A stretch of 32,000 nt of DNA, from positions 5,250,001 to 5,282,000 of the forward strand of contig NZ_LN831024.1 in the NCBI RefSeq assembly GCF_001457615.1, in the 5' to 3' direction. Under the pieces are notes generated by a model that worked only from the letters and a program-made list of their open reading frames with translations, ran no database searches and was not told the origin of the DNA. A program made the translations under genes and the position numbers. Shown piece by piece: positions 16,157 to 27,730 of the stretch. The stretch is from Pseudomonas aeruginosa (GTDB lineage: Bacteria; Pseudomonadota; Gammaproteobacteria; Pseudomonadales; Pseudomonadaceae). Each line of letters opens with the position of its first letter. The stretch's first letter is position 1.

Positions 16157-17598
16157 ACGGACTTCCGATGAACCTGATCTGGTTTCGCTGCGACCTGCGA
16201 ACCACCGATAACAGCGCGCTCCTCGCCGCCGCCGATGGGCGCCCTTGCGTGGCTCTCTACCTGCTCAGCCCGGCGCAGTGGCGGGAACACGACGATGCGC
16301 CCTGCAAGGTCGACTTCTGGCTGCGCAACCTGGGCGAGCTGCAACGCCAGCTCGCCGCGCTGAACATCCCGCTGCTGGTGCGCGACTGCGGCCACTGGCG
16401 GCAAGCCCCGGAAGTCATCGGCCGGCTCTGTCGGGAACTGGGAGTCGGCGCGGTACACGTCAACCAGGAATACGGGGTGAACGAGGAACGCCGCGACCAG
16501 GCCGTCGGCCAACGCCTGCGTGAACAGGGCGTGGCCTTCCACAGCCACCTCGACCAGCTGTTCTTCGCCCCCGGCTCGGTGCTGACCCGAACTGGCGGCT
16601 ATTTCCAGGTGTTCAGCCAGTTCCGCAAGGTCTGCCACGAACGGCTGTACCAGGCCCTGCCGGGTGTCCGCCCGCGTCCGCAGCCCCAGCCACCGCACGC
16701 GCTGGCCAGCGACCCGCTGCCGGATGCCGTGCCCGCCTTCCCGCGGCCGGCCGATAGCTTGCGCCGCCTCTGGCCGGCAGGCGAAGAGGTAGCGCAGGAA
16801 CGCCTGCGCGACTTCGCCGACCAGCACCTGGCCGACTACCATGAACGGCGCGACTTCCCGGCGCTTCCCGGCACCAGCCAACTGTCGCCCTACCTGGCCG
16901 CCGGCGTACTCTCGCCCAGGCAATGCCTGGACGCCGCGCTGGTTGCCAACCGCGGCGAGTTCAGCGGCGGCCAGCAAGGCGCCGCGACCTGGATCAACGA
17001 ACTGCTCTGGCGCGAGTTCTACAAGCACATCCTGGTCGGCTACCCACGGGTCTCCCGGCACCGCCCCTTCCGCGAGGAGACCGAAGCCCTGCGCTGGCGC
17101 CAGGCCCCGGCGGAACTCGAAGCCTGGCAACAGGGGCGCACCGGCATACCGATCATCGACGCGGCAATGCGCCAGTTGCTCGCCACCGGCTGGATGCACA
17201 ATCGCCTGCGGATGGTGGTAGCGATGTTCCTCAGCAAGAACCTGCTGATCGACTGGCGCGAAGGCGAACGCTGGTTCATGCGCCACCTCATCGACGGCGA
17301 CCTGGCGGCGAACAACGGCGGCTGGCAGTGGAGCGCATCCACCGGCACCGACGCCGTCCCCTACTTCCGCCTGTTCAATCCGCTCTCGCAGTCCGAACGC
17401 TTCGATCCACGCGGCGAGTTCATCCGCCACTGGCTGCCGGAACTGGCCGGCCTGGAGCGCAAGGCGATCCACGATCCGTCCAGCCTGGGGCTGTTCGCCG
17501 GGGTCGACTATCCACGGCCGATGGTCGACCTGAAGGCCAGCCGCGAACGGGCGCTGGCGGCTTTCCGCAACCTGCCGCCGCGCGATGGTCGCGCGTAG
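16153..17598 (+). CDS. phr: Deoxyribodipyrimidine photolyase (class I CPD photolyase)
   Basis: ATG at 16153 overlaps the MerR stop (ATGA); an alternative ATG is at 16168. The N-terminus is MNGLPMNLIWFRCDLRTTDNSAL. Cryptochrome/photolyase FAD-domain motifs are present: TSQLSPYLAAGVLSPRQ, WINELLWREFY, GWMHNRLRMVVAMFL, GGWQWSASTGTDAVPYFRLFNP. Confidence 0.95.
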   Translation: MNGLPMNLIWFRCDLRTTDNSALLAAADGRPCVALYLLSPAQWREHDDAPCKVDFWLRNLGELQRQLAALNIPLLVRDCGHWRQAPEVIGRLCRELGVGAVHVNQEYGVNEERRDQAVGQRLREQGVAFHSHLDQLFFAPGSVLTRTGGYFQVFSQFRKVCHERLYQALPGVRPRPQPQPPHALASDPLPDAVPAFPRPADSLRRLWPAGEEVAQERLRDFADQHLADYHERRDFPALPGTSQLSPYLAAGVLSPRQCLDAALVANRGEFSGGQQGAATWINELLWREFYKHILVGYPRVSRHRPFREETEALRWRQAPAELEAWQQGRTGIPIIDAAMRQLLATGWMHNRLRMVVAMFLSKNLLIDWREGERWFMRHLIDGDLAANNGGWQWSASTGTDAVPYFRLFNPLSQSERFDPRGEFIRHWLPELAGLERKAIHDPSSLGLFAGVDYPRPMVDLKASRERALAAFRNLPPRDGRA

Positions 17599-17683
17599 GG
17601 CGCGTCAGCGAGCTATCGCCTCCCGCCAAATGGCTCGCTCTTTCCATAGTGCGGTGCGGCGTGGTGGAAGAATCGCAGGCATG

Positions 17684-17711
17684 AAAAAGCCGGGATGAAC
17701 CCGGCTTTTTT
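17684..17711. terminator. Bidirectional rho-independent terminator between phr (+) and pagL (-)
   Basis: AAAAA-GCCGGG-atgaa-CCCGGC-TTTTTT is a stem flanked by an A run and a T run, so it can terminate on either strand. Confidence 0.85.
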
Positions 17712-17723
17712 CGACCGTGCCGA

Positions 17724-18245
17724 CTAGATCGGGATCTTGTAGAACAGGCTGTAGGACTCGATACCGTCGTTCGGCTGTTTCAGGCCGGCGTTGGAATAGT
17801 GGATCGCCCGAACGCCGACCGACTGGCCGTTGGCGAACTTCAGGCCGGCACCGATGCGGTCTTCGAAGTTCAGGGAGGAACCCAGGTTCTGGTCGCCGAC
17901 ACGGGTGCCGGAGAACGCCGCCACGCCGATACCGGCCTCGATGAATGGCTTGATCGAGTCGCCGGCGAACTCGTAGACGAATACCGGAGCGAACGACAGC
18001 GAATGCTTGCCGGCGCCTTCATCGCCACCTTCCCAATAGGTGTAGCCCGCATCCCAGTAGCCGGTCAGGCGCCCGGTGGAGGTCTGCCACCAGCTCTTGT
18101 CCCAATCCCAGCTCAGGCCCAGGCGATAGGTCATGCCCGACTGGCCGGTCGCACCGACGGCGGCCGAGACGTCCGCCGCCTGGGCGGAGGCCACGTGGAC
18201 GGAGGAAAGTGCGGCCAGAACGGCCAGCGGAAGTAGTTTCTTCAT
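17724..18245 (-). CDS. pagL: Lipid A 3-O-deacylase, outer-membrane beta-barrel
   Basis: Internal ATG at 18245 gives the signal peptide MKKLLPLAVLAALSSVHVASAQA. The 173-aa product ends ...HYSNAGLKQPNDGIESYSLFYKIPI, with the H-x-S-N catalytic region and a terminal aromatic-rich beta-signal. Confidence 0.9.
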   Translation of the reverse strand: MKKLLPLAVLAALSSVHVASAQAADVSAAVGATGQSGMTYRLGLSWDWDKSWWQTSTGRLTGYWDAGYTYWEGGDEGAGKHSLSFAPVFVYEFAGDSIKPFIEAGIGVAAFSGTRVGDQNLGSSLNFEDRIGAGLKFANGQSVGVRAIHYSNAGLKQPNDGIESYSLFYKIPI

Positions 18246-18378
18246 TGAAACGTCCTTTTCGAAAGTTGCATGAAAGCCCCCGCATTCAAGCTGCGCATTA
18301 TAAGAGCGCACTTACTAAAGCAGATACTAGACCAAACGCTTTAGTTCAAAAAATCGCTGTCACGTCTGCCAGGCACGA

Positions 18379-19176
18379 CTAAACGACTAATTTTCCTACG
18401 CTTTCCGGGCTTCCCCAGAGGATCGGCAGGATCCTTTCCATCTCCTCCGGCAGCGCGCTGGTCCAGAAACGTGGCGTCGCGGCCTGGCCAGAGGCCAGTA
18501 GCGCCCGCGCCGACAATACGCGCTCCAACTGCCGGGCGACAGCCGCTCCCGTATCGATCACCGCCATCTCCGTCGGGATCAGCTCGGCCAGCAGGGGTTT
18601 GACGAAGGGATAATGAGTACAGCCGAGGATCAGCGTATCGCAGCCCTGTTCGAGGATGGGCGCCAGCAGGCGTTCCAGCAGTGCCCGGGTTTGCGGCCCA
18701 TAGAGATCGCCGGCTTCGATGCGCTCGACCAGCCCCGGGCAGGGCTGGGTGAAGACCTGTACGTCGCTGGCGAAGCGGTCGAGCAAGGCGGCGAAACGCG
18801 CGCTCTTCAGAGTTCCGGTGGTGGCCAGGACGCCGACCCGACCGTTGCGGGTGGCCGCCGCGGCCGGCTTCACCGCCGGCTCCATGGCCACCAGCGGCAC
18901 CTGCGGATAACGTTCGCGCAATTCCGCCGCAGCCGCAGCCGTCGCGGTATTGCAGGCCAGTACCAGAGCCTTGGCGCCCTGCTCCAGAAGGAAATCACCG
19001 ATCCGCTCGCAGCGTTCGCGGATGTACTCCGCGCTCTTCTCGCCGTAGGGCACATGGGCGTTGTCGGCGACGTAGAGCAACGATTCGGATGGCAGGCGCG
19101 CGCGAATCTCACGCAATACGCTGAGCCCGCCGACCCCGGAATCGAAAACGCCGACCGCGGCCGACTCAACCGCCAT
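18379..19176 (-). CDS. murI: Glutamate racemase
   Basis: Motifs [26 protein letters not shown] and [10 protein letters not shown] contain the two catalytic Cys regions. The start was chosen at ATG 19176 (alternative 19197), which overlaps the moeB 3' end. Confidence 0.93.
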   Translation of the reverse strand: MAVESAAVGVFDSGVGGLSVLREIRARLPSESLLYVADNAHVPYGEKSAEYIRERCERIGDFLLEQGAKALVLACNTATAAAAAELRERYPQVPLVAMEPAVKPAAAATRNGRVGVLATTGTLKSARFAALLDRFASDVQVFTQPCPGLVERIEAGDLYGPQTRALLERLLAPILEQGCDTLILGCTHYPFVKPLLAELIPTEMAVIDTGAAVARQLERVLSARALLASGQAATPRFWTSALPEEMERILPILWGSPESVGKLVV

Positions 19177-19924
19177 GGCGTTGCCCGCAGACGGCACAGG
19201 AAGGATCGCGACGCACCCGCAATTCGCGGAAGCGCGTGCCGAGGGCGTCCACCAGCAGCAGGCGGCCCACCAGCGGTTCGCCGAAACCGGCCAGCAGCTT
19301 GAGCGCCTCCAGCGCCTGCAGGCTACCGACCAGCCCCACCAGCGGACCGATCACGCCGGCCTCGCTGCAGGTCAGCTCGGCCTCGCTGCCGTGCCCGTAG
19401 AGGCAGTGGTAGCAGGGGCTTTCGTCGCGGCGGGTATCGAATACCGAAAGCTGGCCCTCGAGACGGATCGCCGCGCCGCTGACCAGGGGCTTGCCGGCGC
19501 GCACGCAGGCGACGTTGACCGCCTCGCGGGTGGCGAAGTTGTCGGTGCAGTCGAGCACCAGGTCGACCGCCGCCACGGCGGCATCGAGGGAGTCCTTGTC
19601 CAGCGCGGCGCTATGGCTGACCAGGCGGATCTGCGGATTCAGCGCGCCCAGCCGGCGCATCGCCGACTCCACCTTGCCGACACCGACGCTGGTGCCATCG
19701 TGGATGACCTGCCGTTGCAGGTTGGTCAGGTCGACCGTATCGAAATCCGCCAGGTGCAGCTCGCCGACCCCGGCCGCGGCCAGGTACAGCGCCACCGGCG
19801 AACCCAGGCCGCCAAGACCGACGATCAGTGCGCGGCTGCGCTTCAGGCGCAGCTGGCCCTCGACGTCGACCTGCGCCAGCAGGATCTGGCGACTGTAGCG
19901 CAGCAGTTCCTCGTCGCTCAGCAT
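19166..19924 (-). CDS. moeB: Molybdopterin-synthase adenylyltransferase (ThiF/MoeB family)
   Basis: It begins [16 protein letters not shown]... and carries the nucleotide-binding motif VGLGGLGSP and CxxC pairs (CYHC, CAVCG). An alternative start lies at 19930. Confidence 0.9.
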   Translation of the reverse strand: MLSDEELLRYSRQILLAQVDVEGQLRLKRSRALIVGLGGLGSPVALYLAAAGVGELHLADFDTVDLTNLQRQVIHDGTSVGVGKVESAMRRLGALNPQIRLVSHSAALDKDSLDAAVAAVDLVLDCTDNFATREAVNVACVRAGKPLVSGAAIRLEGQLSVFDTRRDESPCYHCLYGHGSEAELTCSEAGVIGPLVGLVGSLQALEALKLLAGFGEPLVGRLLLVDALGTRFRELRVRRDPSCAVCGQRHGG

Positions 19925-20748
19925 ACCCATTGTCCGAGAGTGATCCGCTCGTTGCCGCCGAGGTCGCGCAACGTATGTACCCCGGCGAAGCCGCGGGCGC
20001 CGAGCAGTTCGCGCACAGCCGCCCCTTGATCATAGCCGTGCTCGAGCAGCAACCAGCCTTCGTCCAGCAAATGCTGCGGCGCCTGGGCGACGATCTGGCG
20101 GATATCGTCGAGGCCATCGCTACCCGCGACCAGCGCGCTCTTCGGCTCGAAGCGCACGTCGCCCTCGCTCAGGTGCGGATCGCTGGCAGGGATATACGGC
20201 GGATTGCCGACGATCATCCGGAAGCGTCGGCCATCGAGAGCGGAGAACCAGTGGCTGCGGCGCACCTCGACGTTCTCCAGGAGCAGCCGCTGGCGATTGC
20301 GCTCGGCCAGCGCCACGGCCTCTTCCACGCGGTCCACCGCAGTCACCGTCCACAGCGGCCGTTCGCTGGCCAGGGCCAGGGCGATGGCGCCGGTGCCGGT
20401 GCCCAGGTCGAGCACGGTAGCGGTGTCCGCCGCGAGGGTCGCCAGCGCGGTTTCCACCAGCAGTTCGGTGTCCGGGCGCGGGATCAGGGTGTGTGGCGCG
20501 ACCTCCAGGTCCAGGCTCCAGAAGCCCTGGTGGCCAAGTATGTAGGCCACCGGCTCGCCGTTGCGCCGACGGGCGATCCAGTCGTCGAACCGCTCGTTGG
20601 CCTCGCGCGGCACGATGCGCTCCGGCCAGGTACGCAGGAAGCTGCGCGGCTTGCCCATCGCCGCCGCCAGCAGCAACTCGGTGTCGAGCCGGGCGCTGGG
20701 CGAATCGGGCAGTTGGGAATCCTTGAGAAGGGTACAGATAGTGGTCAT
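19918..20748 (-). CDS. prmC: Release-factor glutamine N5-methyltransferase
   Basis: 276-aa ORF with the SAM motif VLDLGTGTGAIALALA and catalytic NPPY (IVGNPPYIP). It lies immediately downstream of prfA. Confidence 0.93.
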   Translation of the reverse strand: MTTICTLLKDSQLPDSPSARLDTELLLAAAMGKPRSFLRTWPERIVPREANERFDDWIARRRNGEPVAYILGHQGFWSLDLEVAPHTLIPRPDTELLVETALATLAADTATVLDLGTGTGAIALALASERPLWTVTAVDRVEEAVALAERNRQRLLLENVEVRRSHWFSALDGRRFRMIVGNPPYIPASDPHLSEGDVRFEPKSALVAGSDGLDDIRQIVAQAPQHLLDEGWLLLEHGYDQGAAVRELLGARGFAGVHTLRDLGGNERITLGQWVC

Positions 20749-20749
20749 G

Positions 20750-21832
<1,083 letters not shown>

Positions 21833-21849
21833 GCAGGCATAGGTACCGG

Positions 21850-23118
21850 TCAGTGGCGCGGCGCGCCCTCGTCGAGGGCGAACAGCTCCTGGGCCAGGGC
21901 CAGCGCGTCGATGCGGCCCTCGGCGGACATTTTCTTCATCTGCACGCTGGGCGCGTGCAGCAGTTTGTTGGTCAGGCCGCGGGCCAGCTGGGCCATCACC
22001 TCGGCGGGGTCGGCACCGTTGGCCAGTTGCCGCTGGGCCTTGCCCAGCTCCTCATCGCGCAGGCGCTCGGCCTGCTGCCGATAGGCGCGCAGCACGTCCA
22101 CCGCGGCCAGTTCGCGCAGGCGCTGCATGAACTCGGCGACGCCGCTGCCGACCAGTTCCTCGGCGGCCTGGGCAGCGCCCTGGCGGCTCTTGAGATTCTC
22201 CGCCACTACTTCGTGGAGGTCGTCGACGCTATAGAGGTAGACGTCGTCCAGTTCGCCGACTTCCGGCTCGATGTCGCGCGGCACGGCGATGTCGACCATG
22301 AACATCGGCTTGTGCTTGCGCTGCTTCAGCGCGCGCTCCACGGCGCCCTTGCCGAGGATCGGCAACTGGCTGGCAGTGGAGCTGATGACGATATCGCTGT
22401 TGGCCAACTCCTCGGGTATCTCCGAAAGCAGCACCGCATGGGCGCCGAACTGCTCGGCGAGCAGGCTGGCGCGCTCCAGGGTGCGGTTGGCCACCACGAT
22501 GCGCTTCACGCCTTGCTCGAACAGGTGGCGCGCGACCAGGGTGATGGTCTCGCCGGCGCCGATCAGCAGCGCCTGGCTGCGGTGCAGGTCGCTGAAGATC
22601 TGCTTGGCCAGGCTCACCGCGGCGAACGCCACGGACACCGGGTTCTCGCCGATGGCGGTATCGGTGCGGACGGTCTTCGCCGTACTGAAGGTGGCCTGGA
22701 ACAGGCGGCCGAGCAGCGGACCGACGGTGCCGGCCTCGCGCGCGACGGCGTAGGCCGACTTCATCTGGCCGAGGATCTGCGGCTCGCCGAGGACCATCGA
22801 GTCGAGGCCGGAGGCCACGCGCATCATGTGGCGCACCGCGTCTTCGTCCTGGTGCACATAGGCACAGGCGCGCAACTCGTCGAGAGTCAGGCGATGGTAG
22901 TCCGCCAGCCAGGCGAGCACGTCGTCCGCGGTCGGATGGTCGATCTCCAGGTAGAGTTCGCTCCGGTTGCAGGTCGACAGGATGGCCGCCTCGCGGCTGG
23001 TGGTCAGGCGGCAGAGCTGCTGCAGCGCCTCGACCATCTGTTCCGGAGTGAAAGCCACGCGCTCGCGGACAGCCACCGAGGCGGTCTTGTGATTGATGCC
23101 GAGGGCAATGAAGGCCAT
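21850..23118 (-). CDS. hemA: Glutamyl-tRNA reductase
   Basis: 422-aa [26 protein letters not shown]...[10 protein letters not shown] (catalytic Cys motif), with the NADPH-binding motif [16 protein letters not shown]. Confidence 0.97.
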
Positions 23119-23306
23119 GCAGGATCGCTGAGCTAATCGGGGAAACGCGCAATTCTCCTACTTCGCCAAGGGCAGGACAACCATTGCCGATGTATTGACC
23201 CCATAGACAGCTTCGTCGACGCCCGTCCCGGCCCCCTTGGGCTTGCCGGACGGCTTATGTCATGATGGCGCCACCCTCGCAGGTTCAAGGCCGGCTTTCT
23301 TCCTCT

Positions 23307-25034
23307 ATGAACAAATCCCTTGCGCTGCTGACCGTCACGCTGCTGCTCGGCGGCTGCCAGTCACTTATCCACAAGACTCCCGATGGCACCCCGCCGGTGG
23401 AAGACACCGCGGTCGAGACCAAGGCCAAGCCGGAAAAGTACGGCTCCTTCAGCGAGGACAGCCTGTATTCGCTGCTGGTGGCCGAACTGGCCGGGCAGCG
23501 CAACCGCTTCGACATCGCCCTGAGCAACTATGTGGTGCAGGCGCAGAAAACCCGCGACCCCGGGGTTTCCGAGCGCGCCTTCCGCATCGCCGAATACCTC
23601 GGCGCCGACCAGGAAGCCCTCGACACCTCCCTGCTCTGGGCGCGCAGCGCGCCGGACAACCTCGATGCCCAACGCGCCGCCGCGATCCAGTTGGCCCGCG
23701 CCGGGCGCTACGAGGAGTCCATGGTGTACATGGAGAAGGTCCTCAACGGCCAGGGCGACACGCACTTCGACTTCCTCGCCCTGTCTGCCGCGGAGACCGA
23801 CCCGGATACCCGCGCCGGCCTGCTGCAGAGCTTCGACCACCTGTTGAAGAAATACCCGAACAACGGCCAGTTGCTGTTCGGCAAGGCCCTGCTGCTGCAA
23901 CAGGACGGCCGCCCGGATGAAGCCCTGACCCTGCTCGAGGACAACTCCGCAAGCCGCCACGAAGTCGCCCCGCTGCTGCTCCGCTCGCGCCTGTTGCAGA
24001 GCATGAAGCGCAGCGACGAGGCCCTGCCGCTGCTCAAGGCCGGGATCAAGGAACACCCGGACGACAAACGCGTGCGCCTCGCCTACGCGCGCCTGCTGGT
24101 GGAGCAGAATCGCCTGGACGACGCCAAGGCCGAGTTCGCCGGACTGGTCCAGCAATTCCCCGACGACGACGACCTGCGTTTCTCCCTGGCGCTGGTCTGC
24201 CTGGAAGCCCAGGCCTGGGACGAAGCCAGGATCTACCTGGAAGAACTGGTCGAGCGCGACAGCCACGTCGACGCCGCCCACTTCAACCTCGGACGCCTCG
24301 CCGAGGAACAGAAGGACACCGCGCGTGCCCTCGACGAGTACGCCCAGGTTGGTCCGGGCAATGACTTCCTCCCGGCGCAACTGCGCCAGACCGACGTCCT
24401 GCTCAAGGCCGGTCGCGTCGACGAAGCCGCCCAGCGCCTGGACAAGGCGCGCAGCGAGCAACCCGACTACGCCATCCAGCTGTACCTGATCGAAGCCGAG
24501 GCGCTGTCCAACAACGACCAGCAGGAAAAGGCCTGGCAGGCCATCCAGGAGGGTCTGAAGCAGTACCCGGAGGACCTCAACCTGCTCTACACCCGCTCGA
24601 TGCTGGCGGAGAAGCGCAACGACCTGGCGCAGATGGAAAAGGACCTGCGCTTCGTCATCGCCCGCGAGCCGGACAACGCCATGGCCCTCAACGCCCTCGG
24701 CTACACCCTGGCCGACCGCACTACCCGCTACACCGAGGCGCGCGAGCTGATCCTCAAGGCGCACAAGCTGAACCCGGACGACCCGGCGATCCTCGACAGC
24801 ATGGGCTGGATCAACTATCGCCAGGGCAAGCTGGCGGACGCCGAGCGCTACCTGCGCCAGGCGCTGCAGCGCTACCCCGACCACGAGGTCGCCGCGCACC
24901 TGGGCGAAGTCCTCTGGGCCCAGGGGCGCCAAGACGACGCCCGAGCCATCTGGCGCGAATACCTCGACAAGCAGCCCGACAGCGACGTGCTGCGCCGCAC
25001 CATCAAGCGCCTGACCGGCGCCGAGACTCCTTGA
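23307..25034 (+). CDS. TPR-repeat lipoprotein
   Basis: ATG at 23307 gives [19 protein letters not shown] (lipobox LLGGC). The track ORF starts at 23262, which would bury the signal peptide. The body is made of repeated TPR-like helices. The start is less certain because the SD is weak. Confidence 0.8.
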   Translation: MNKSLALLTVTLLLGGCQSLIHKTPDGTPPVEDTAVETKAKPEKYGSFSEDSLYSLLVAELAGQRNRFDIALSNYVVQAQKTRDPGVSERAFRIAEYLGADQEALDTSLLWARSAPDNLDAQRAAAIQLARAGRYEESMVYMEKVLNGQGDTHFDFLALSAAETDPDTRAGLLQSFDHLLKKYPNNGQLLFGKALLLQQDGRPDEALTLLEDNSASRHEVAPLLLRSRLLQSMKRSDEALPLLKAGIKEHPDDKRVRLAYARLLVEQNRLDDAKAEFAGLVQQFPDDDDLRFSLALVCLEAQAWDEARIYLEELVERDSHVDAAHFNLGRLAEEQKDTARALDEYAQVGPGNDFLPAQLRQTDVLLKAGRVDEAAQRLDKARSEQPDYAIQLYLIEAEALSNNDQQEKAWQAIQEGLKQYPEDLNLLYTRSMLAEKRNDLAQMEKDLRFVIAREPDNAMALNALGYTLADRTTRYTEARELILKAHKLNPDDPAILDSMGWINYRQGKLADAERYLRQALQRYPDHEVAAHLGEVLWAQGRQDDARAIWREYLDKQPDSDVLRRTIKRLTGAETP

Positions 25035-25038
25035 AACC

Positions 25039-25656
25039 ATGCGTCTACGTCTTTTCCTCGCCGCCTCCGCGCTGGCCCTGCTCAGCGGCTGCGCCGGCCT
25101 GACCTCCCACGAAGCCCTGGAAGGCCAGGGCGATGCGCAGACCTGGAAAACCCACAAGCAGCAACTCAGCGAGCTGGATGCCTGGCAGATCGACGGCAAG
25201 GTCGGCATCCGCGCCCCGCGCGACTCCGGCAGCGGCACCCTGTTCTGGCTGCAGCGCCAGGGCTACTACGACATCCGCCTGTCCGGCCCGCTCGGCCGCG
25301 GCGCAGCACGCCTGACCGGGCGTGAAGGCGCGGTGAGCCTGGAAGTCGCCGGTCAGGGCCGCTACCAGGCGGAGTCCCCGGAAGCACTGCTGGAAGAACA
25401 ACTAGGCTGGCGCCTGCCGGTCTCGCACCTGCTCTGGTGGGTACGCGGCCTCCCGGCGCCGGACAGCAAGAGCCGCCTGACCCTCGACGCCGACAGTCGC
25501 CTGGCGCGCCTGGAACAGGACGGCTGGCAGATCGAATACACCCGCTACGCCGAACAGAACGGCTACTGGCTACCCGAGCGCCTGAAGCTGCACGGCCAGG
25601 ACCTCGACGTCACCCTGGTGATCAAGGACTGGCAGCCGCGCCAGCTCGGCCGCTGA
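25039..25656 (+). CDS. lolB: Outer-membrane lipoprotein insertion protein LolB
   Basis: 205-aa ORF with lipobox [20 protein letters not shown]. It shows the conserved lolB-ispE-prs synteny. Confidence 0.9.
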   Translation: MRLRLFLAASALALLSGCAGLTSHEALEGQGDAQTWKTHKQQLSELDAWQIDGKVGIRAPRDSGSGTLFWLQRQGYYDIRLSGPLGRGAARLTGREGAVSLEVAGQGRYQAESPEALLEEQLGWRLPVSHLLWWVRGLPAPDSKSRLTLDADSRLARLEQDGWQIEYTRYAEQNGYWLPERLKLHGQDLDVTLVIKDWQPRQLGR

Positions 25657-25657
25657 C

Positions 25658-26506
25658 ATGAGCGTGCGCCTCAGCCTGCCAGCCCCGGCCAAGCTCAATC
25701 TGTTCCTGCATATCCTCGGCCGCCGCGACGATGGCTATCACGAGTTGCAGACCCTGTTCCAATTCCTCGACCACGGCGACGAGCTGCATTTCGAAGCCCG
25801 CCAGGACGGCCAGGTACGCCTGCACACGGAAATCGCCGGGGTGCCGCACGACAGCAACCTGATCGTGCGCGCCGCGCGCGGGCTGCAGGAAGCCTCCGGC
25901 AGCCCGCAAGGCGTCGACATCTGGCTGGACAAGCGCTTGCCCATGGGGGGCGGCATCGGCGGCGGCAGCTCCGACGCCGCCACGACGCTCCTGGCCTTGA
26001 ACCATCTCTGGCAACTCGGCTGGGACGAGGACCGCATCGCCGCCCTGGGCCTGCGCCTGGGCGCCGACGTGCCGGTCTTCACCCGCGGACGCGCGGCTTT
26101 CGCCGAGGGCGTGGGCGAAAAGCTTACCCCGGTGGACATCCCGGAGCCCTGGTATCTCGTCGTGGTTCCGCAAGTACTTGTCAGCACAGCAGAAATTTTT
26201 TCAGATCCACTGTTGACACGCGATTCTCCCGCCATTAAAGTGCGCACCGTTCTCGAGGGGGACAGCCGAAACGACTGTCAGCCGGTAGTCGAGAGGCGTT
26301 ACCCAGAAGTTCGTAACGCTTTGATCTTGCTAAACAAATTTGTTTCAGCTAGATTAACCGGCACTGGAGGTTGTGTGTTTGGGAGCTTCCCAAACAAAGC
26401 TGAAGCTGATAAAGTCTCGGCCCTTCTTCCAGGCCACCTTCAGAGGTTCGTCGCCAAAGGAAGCAACATCTCGATGTTGCACCGGAAGCTGGAAACTCTG
26501 GTCTGA
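25658..26506 (+). CDS. ispE: 4-diphosphocytidyl-2-C-methyl-D-erythritol kinase
   Basis: 282-aa ORF with [23 protein letters not shown] and the GHMP kinase motif [14 protein letters not shown]. Confidence 0.95.
   Translation: MSVRLSLPAPAKLNLFLHILGRRDDGYHELQTLFQFLDHGDELHFEARQDGQVRLHTEIAGVPHDSNLIVRAARGLQEASGSPQGVDIWLDKRLPMGGGIGGGSSDAATTLLALNHLWQLGWDEDRIAALGLRLGADVPVFTRGRAAFAEGVGEKLTPVDIPEPWYLVVVPQVLVSTAEIFSDPLLTRDSPAIKVRTVLEGDSRNDCQPVVERRYPEVRNALILLNKFVSARLTGTGGCVFGSFPNKAEADKVSALLPGHLQRFVAKGSNISMLHRKLETLV
26213..26241 (+). promoter_or_regulatory. Near-consensus sigma70 promoter inside the ispE 3' region (-35 TTGACA, 17-bp spacer, -10 TAAAGT)
   Basis: TTGACA-cgcgattctcccgccat-TAAAGT was read directly. 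It lies about 300 nt upstream of tRNA-Gln, within the low-GC part of ispE. Confidence 0.4.
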
Positions 26507-26542
26507 GAAAGGAATGCCGAAACGGCATTCGAGCAATACCAC

Positions 26543-26617
26543 AGGGGCGTCGCCAAGCGGTAAGGCAGCAGGTTTTGATCCTGCCATGCGTTGGTTCGAA
26601 TCCAGCCGCCCCTGCCA
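26543..26617 (+). tRNA. tRNA-Gln (anticodon UUG)
   Basis: 75 nt. The acceptor stem is AGGGGCG/CGCCCCT, followed by discriminator G and encoded CCA. The anticodon stem is GCAGG/CCTGC with loop TTTTGAT (anticodon TTG). The T-arm is GGTTCGAATCC. Confidence 0.93.
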
Positions 26618-26672
26618 TTTTCCTCTTCTGTATTTCATCCGGATCCCTTCGGTCGACACAGGTACCTGTAGC

Positions 26673-27614
26673 GTGTCCAAGATGATGGTCTTCACGGGGA
26701 ACGCTAACCCCGATCTTGCACGACGCGTCGTGCGTCAGCTGCACATTCCTCTTGGCGATGTTTCAGTTGGCAAATTCTCCGATGGCGAAATCAGCGTCGA
26801 AATCAACGAAAACGTCCGCGGCAAGGACGTATTCCTGATTCAGCCGACCTGCGCGCCGACCAACGACAACCTGATGGAACTGGTGGTGATGGCCGATGCC
26901 TTCCGCCGCTCCTCGGCCACTCGTATCACCGCTGTCATCCCCTACTTCGGCTATGCTCGCCAGGATCGCCGTCCGCGTTCCGCCCGCGTGGCCATCAGCG
27001 CCAAGGTAGTGGCCGACATGCTGACCGTCGTCGGGGTCAACCGTGTCCTCACGGTCGACCTGCACGCGGATCAGATCCAGGGCTTCTTCGATATCCCGGT
27101 AGACAACATCTACGGTTCCCCCGTGCTGGTGGACGATATCGAAGACCAGCGCTTCGAGAACCTGATGATCGTCTCCCCGGACATCGGCGGCGTGGTGCGC
27201 GCGCGCGCCGTGGCCAAGTCCCTGGGCGTTGACCTTGCGATCATCGACAAGCGTCGTCCCAAGGCCAACCAGTCCGAAGTGATGCACATCATCGGTGACG
27301 TCGAAGGCCGTACCTGCGTACTGGTAGACGACATGGTCGATACCGCCGGCACCCTCGGTCACGCCGCCAAGGCCCTGAAAGAGCACGGCGCCGCCAAGGT
27401 CATCGCCTACTGCACCCACCCGGTGCTGTCCGGCCGTGCCATCGAGAACATCGAGAAATCCGTACTGGACGAGCTGGTGGTGACCAACACCATCCCGCTG
27501 TCCGCCGCTGCCCAGGCCTGTGGCCGCATCCGCCAGCTGGACATCGCTCCGGTCGTTGCGGAAGCCATGCGCCGGATCAGCAACGAAGAATCGATCAGCG
27601 CGATGTTCCGCTGA
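26673..27614 (+). CDS. prs: Ribose-phosphate pyrophosphokinase (PRPP synthetase)
   Basis: GTG at 26673 gives (M)[18 protein letters not shown]... (alternative ATG at 26682). The PRPP-binding loop is [14 protein letters not shown]. The track ORF from 26373 is an artefactual extension that runs through the tRNA-Gln gene. Confidence 0.93.
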   Translation: MSKMMVFTGNANPDLARRVVRQLHIPLGDVSVGKFSDGEISVEINENVRGKDVFLIQPTCAPTNDNLMELVVMADAFRRSSATRITAVIPYFGYARQDRRPRSARVAISAKVVADMLTVVGVNRVLTVDLHADQIQGFFDIPVDNIYGSPVLVDDIEDQRFENLMIVSPDIGGVVRARAVAKSLGVDLAIIDKRRPKANQSEVMHIIGDVEGRTCVLVDDMVDTAGTLGHAAKALKEHGAAKVIAYCTHPVLSGRAIENIEKSVLDELVVTNTIPLSAAAQACGRIRQLDIAPVVAEAMRRISNEESISAMFR

Positions 27615-27648
27615 GGCCCAGCCTCGGCGAACGCGCCTGAACGAAAAC

Positions 27649-27671
27649 GCCCCGCTCCGGCGGGGCCTTTG
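27649..27671 (+). terminator. Hairpin after prs (GCCCCGC-tccg-GCGGGGC, then CTTTG)
   Basis: A 7-bp GC stem 35 nt after the prs stop, with a short and weak T tract. Confidence 0.5.
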
Positions 27672-27677
27672 AAATCG

Positions 27678-27719
27678 CCCGAACGCTGGTCGCAAGCGTT
27701 CGGGCGCATTGTTATTTTT
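27678..27719 (+). terminator. Second hairpin CCCGAACGCT-ggtcgca-AGCGTTCGGG followed by cgcattgttaTTTTT
   Basis: A 10-bp perfect stem with a T5 run 11 nt downstream. It lies directly in front of the rplY RBS (GGAG at 27720). It may be a terminator or an rplY leader structure. Confidence 0.4.
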
Positions 27720-27730
27720 GGAGATACACA

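Noticed and set aside
26373-26672. N-terminal extension of the prs ORF (track start 26373) running across the ispE 3' end and the tRNA-Gln gene.
   Set aside because: A CDS cannot plausibly include a tRNA gene. The conserved Prs N-terminus ([12 protein letters not shown]...) starts at 26673/26682.
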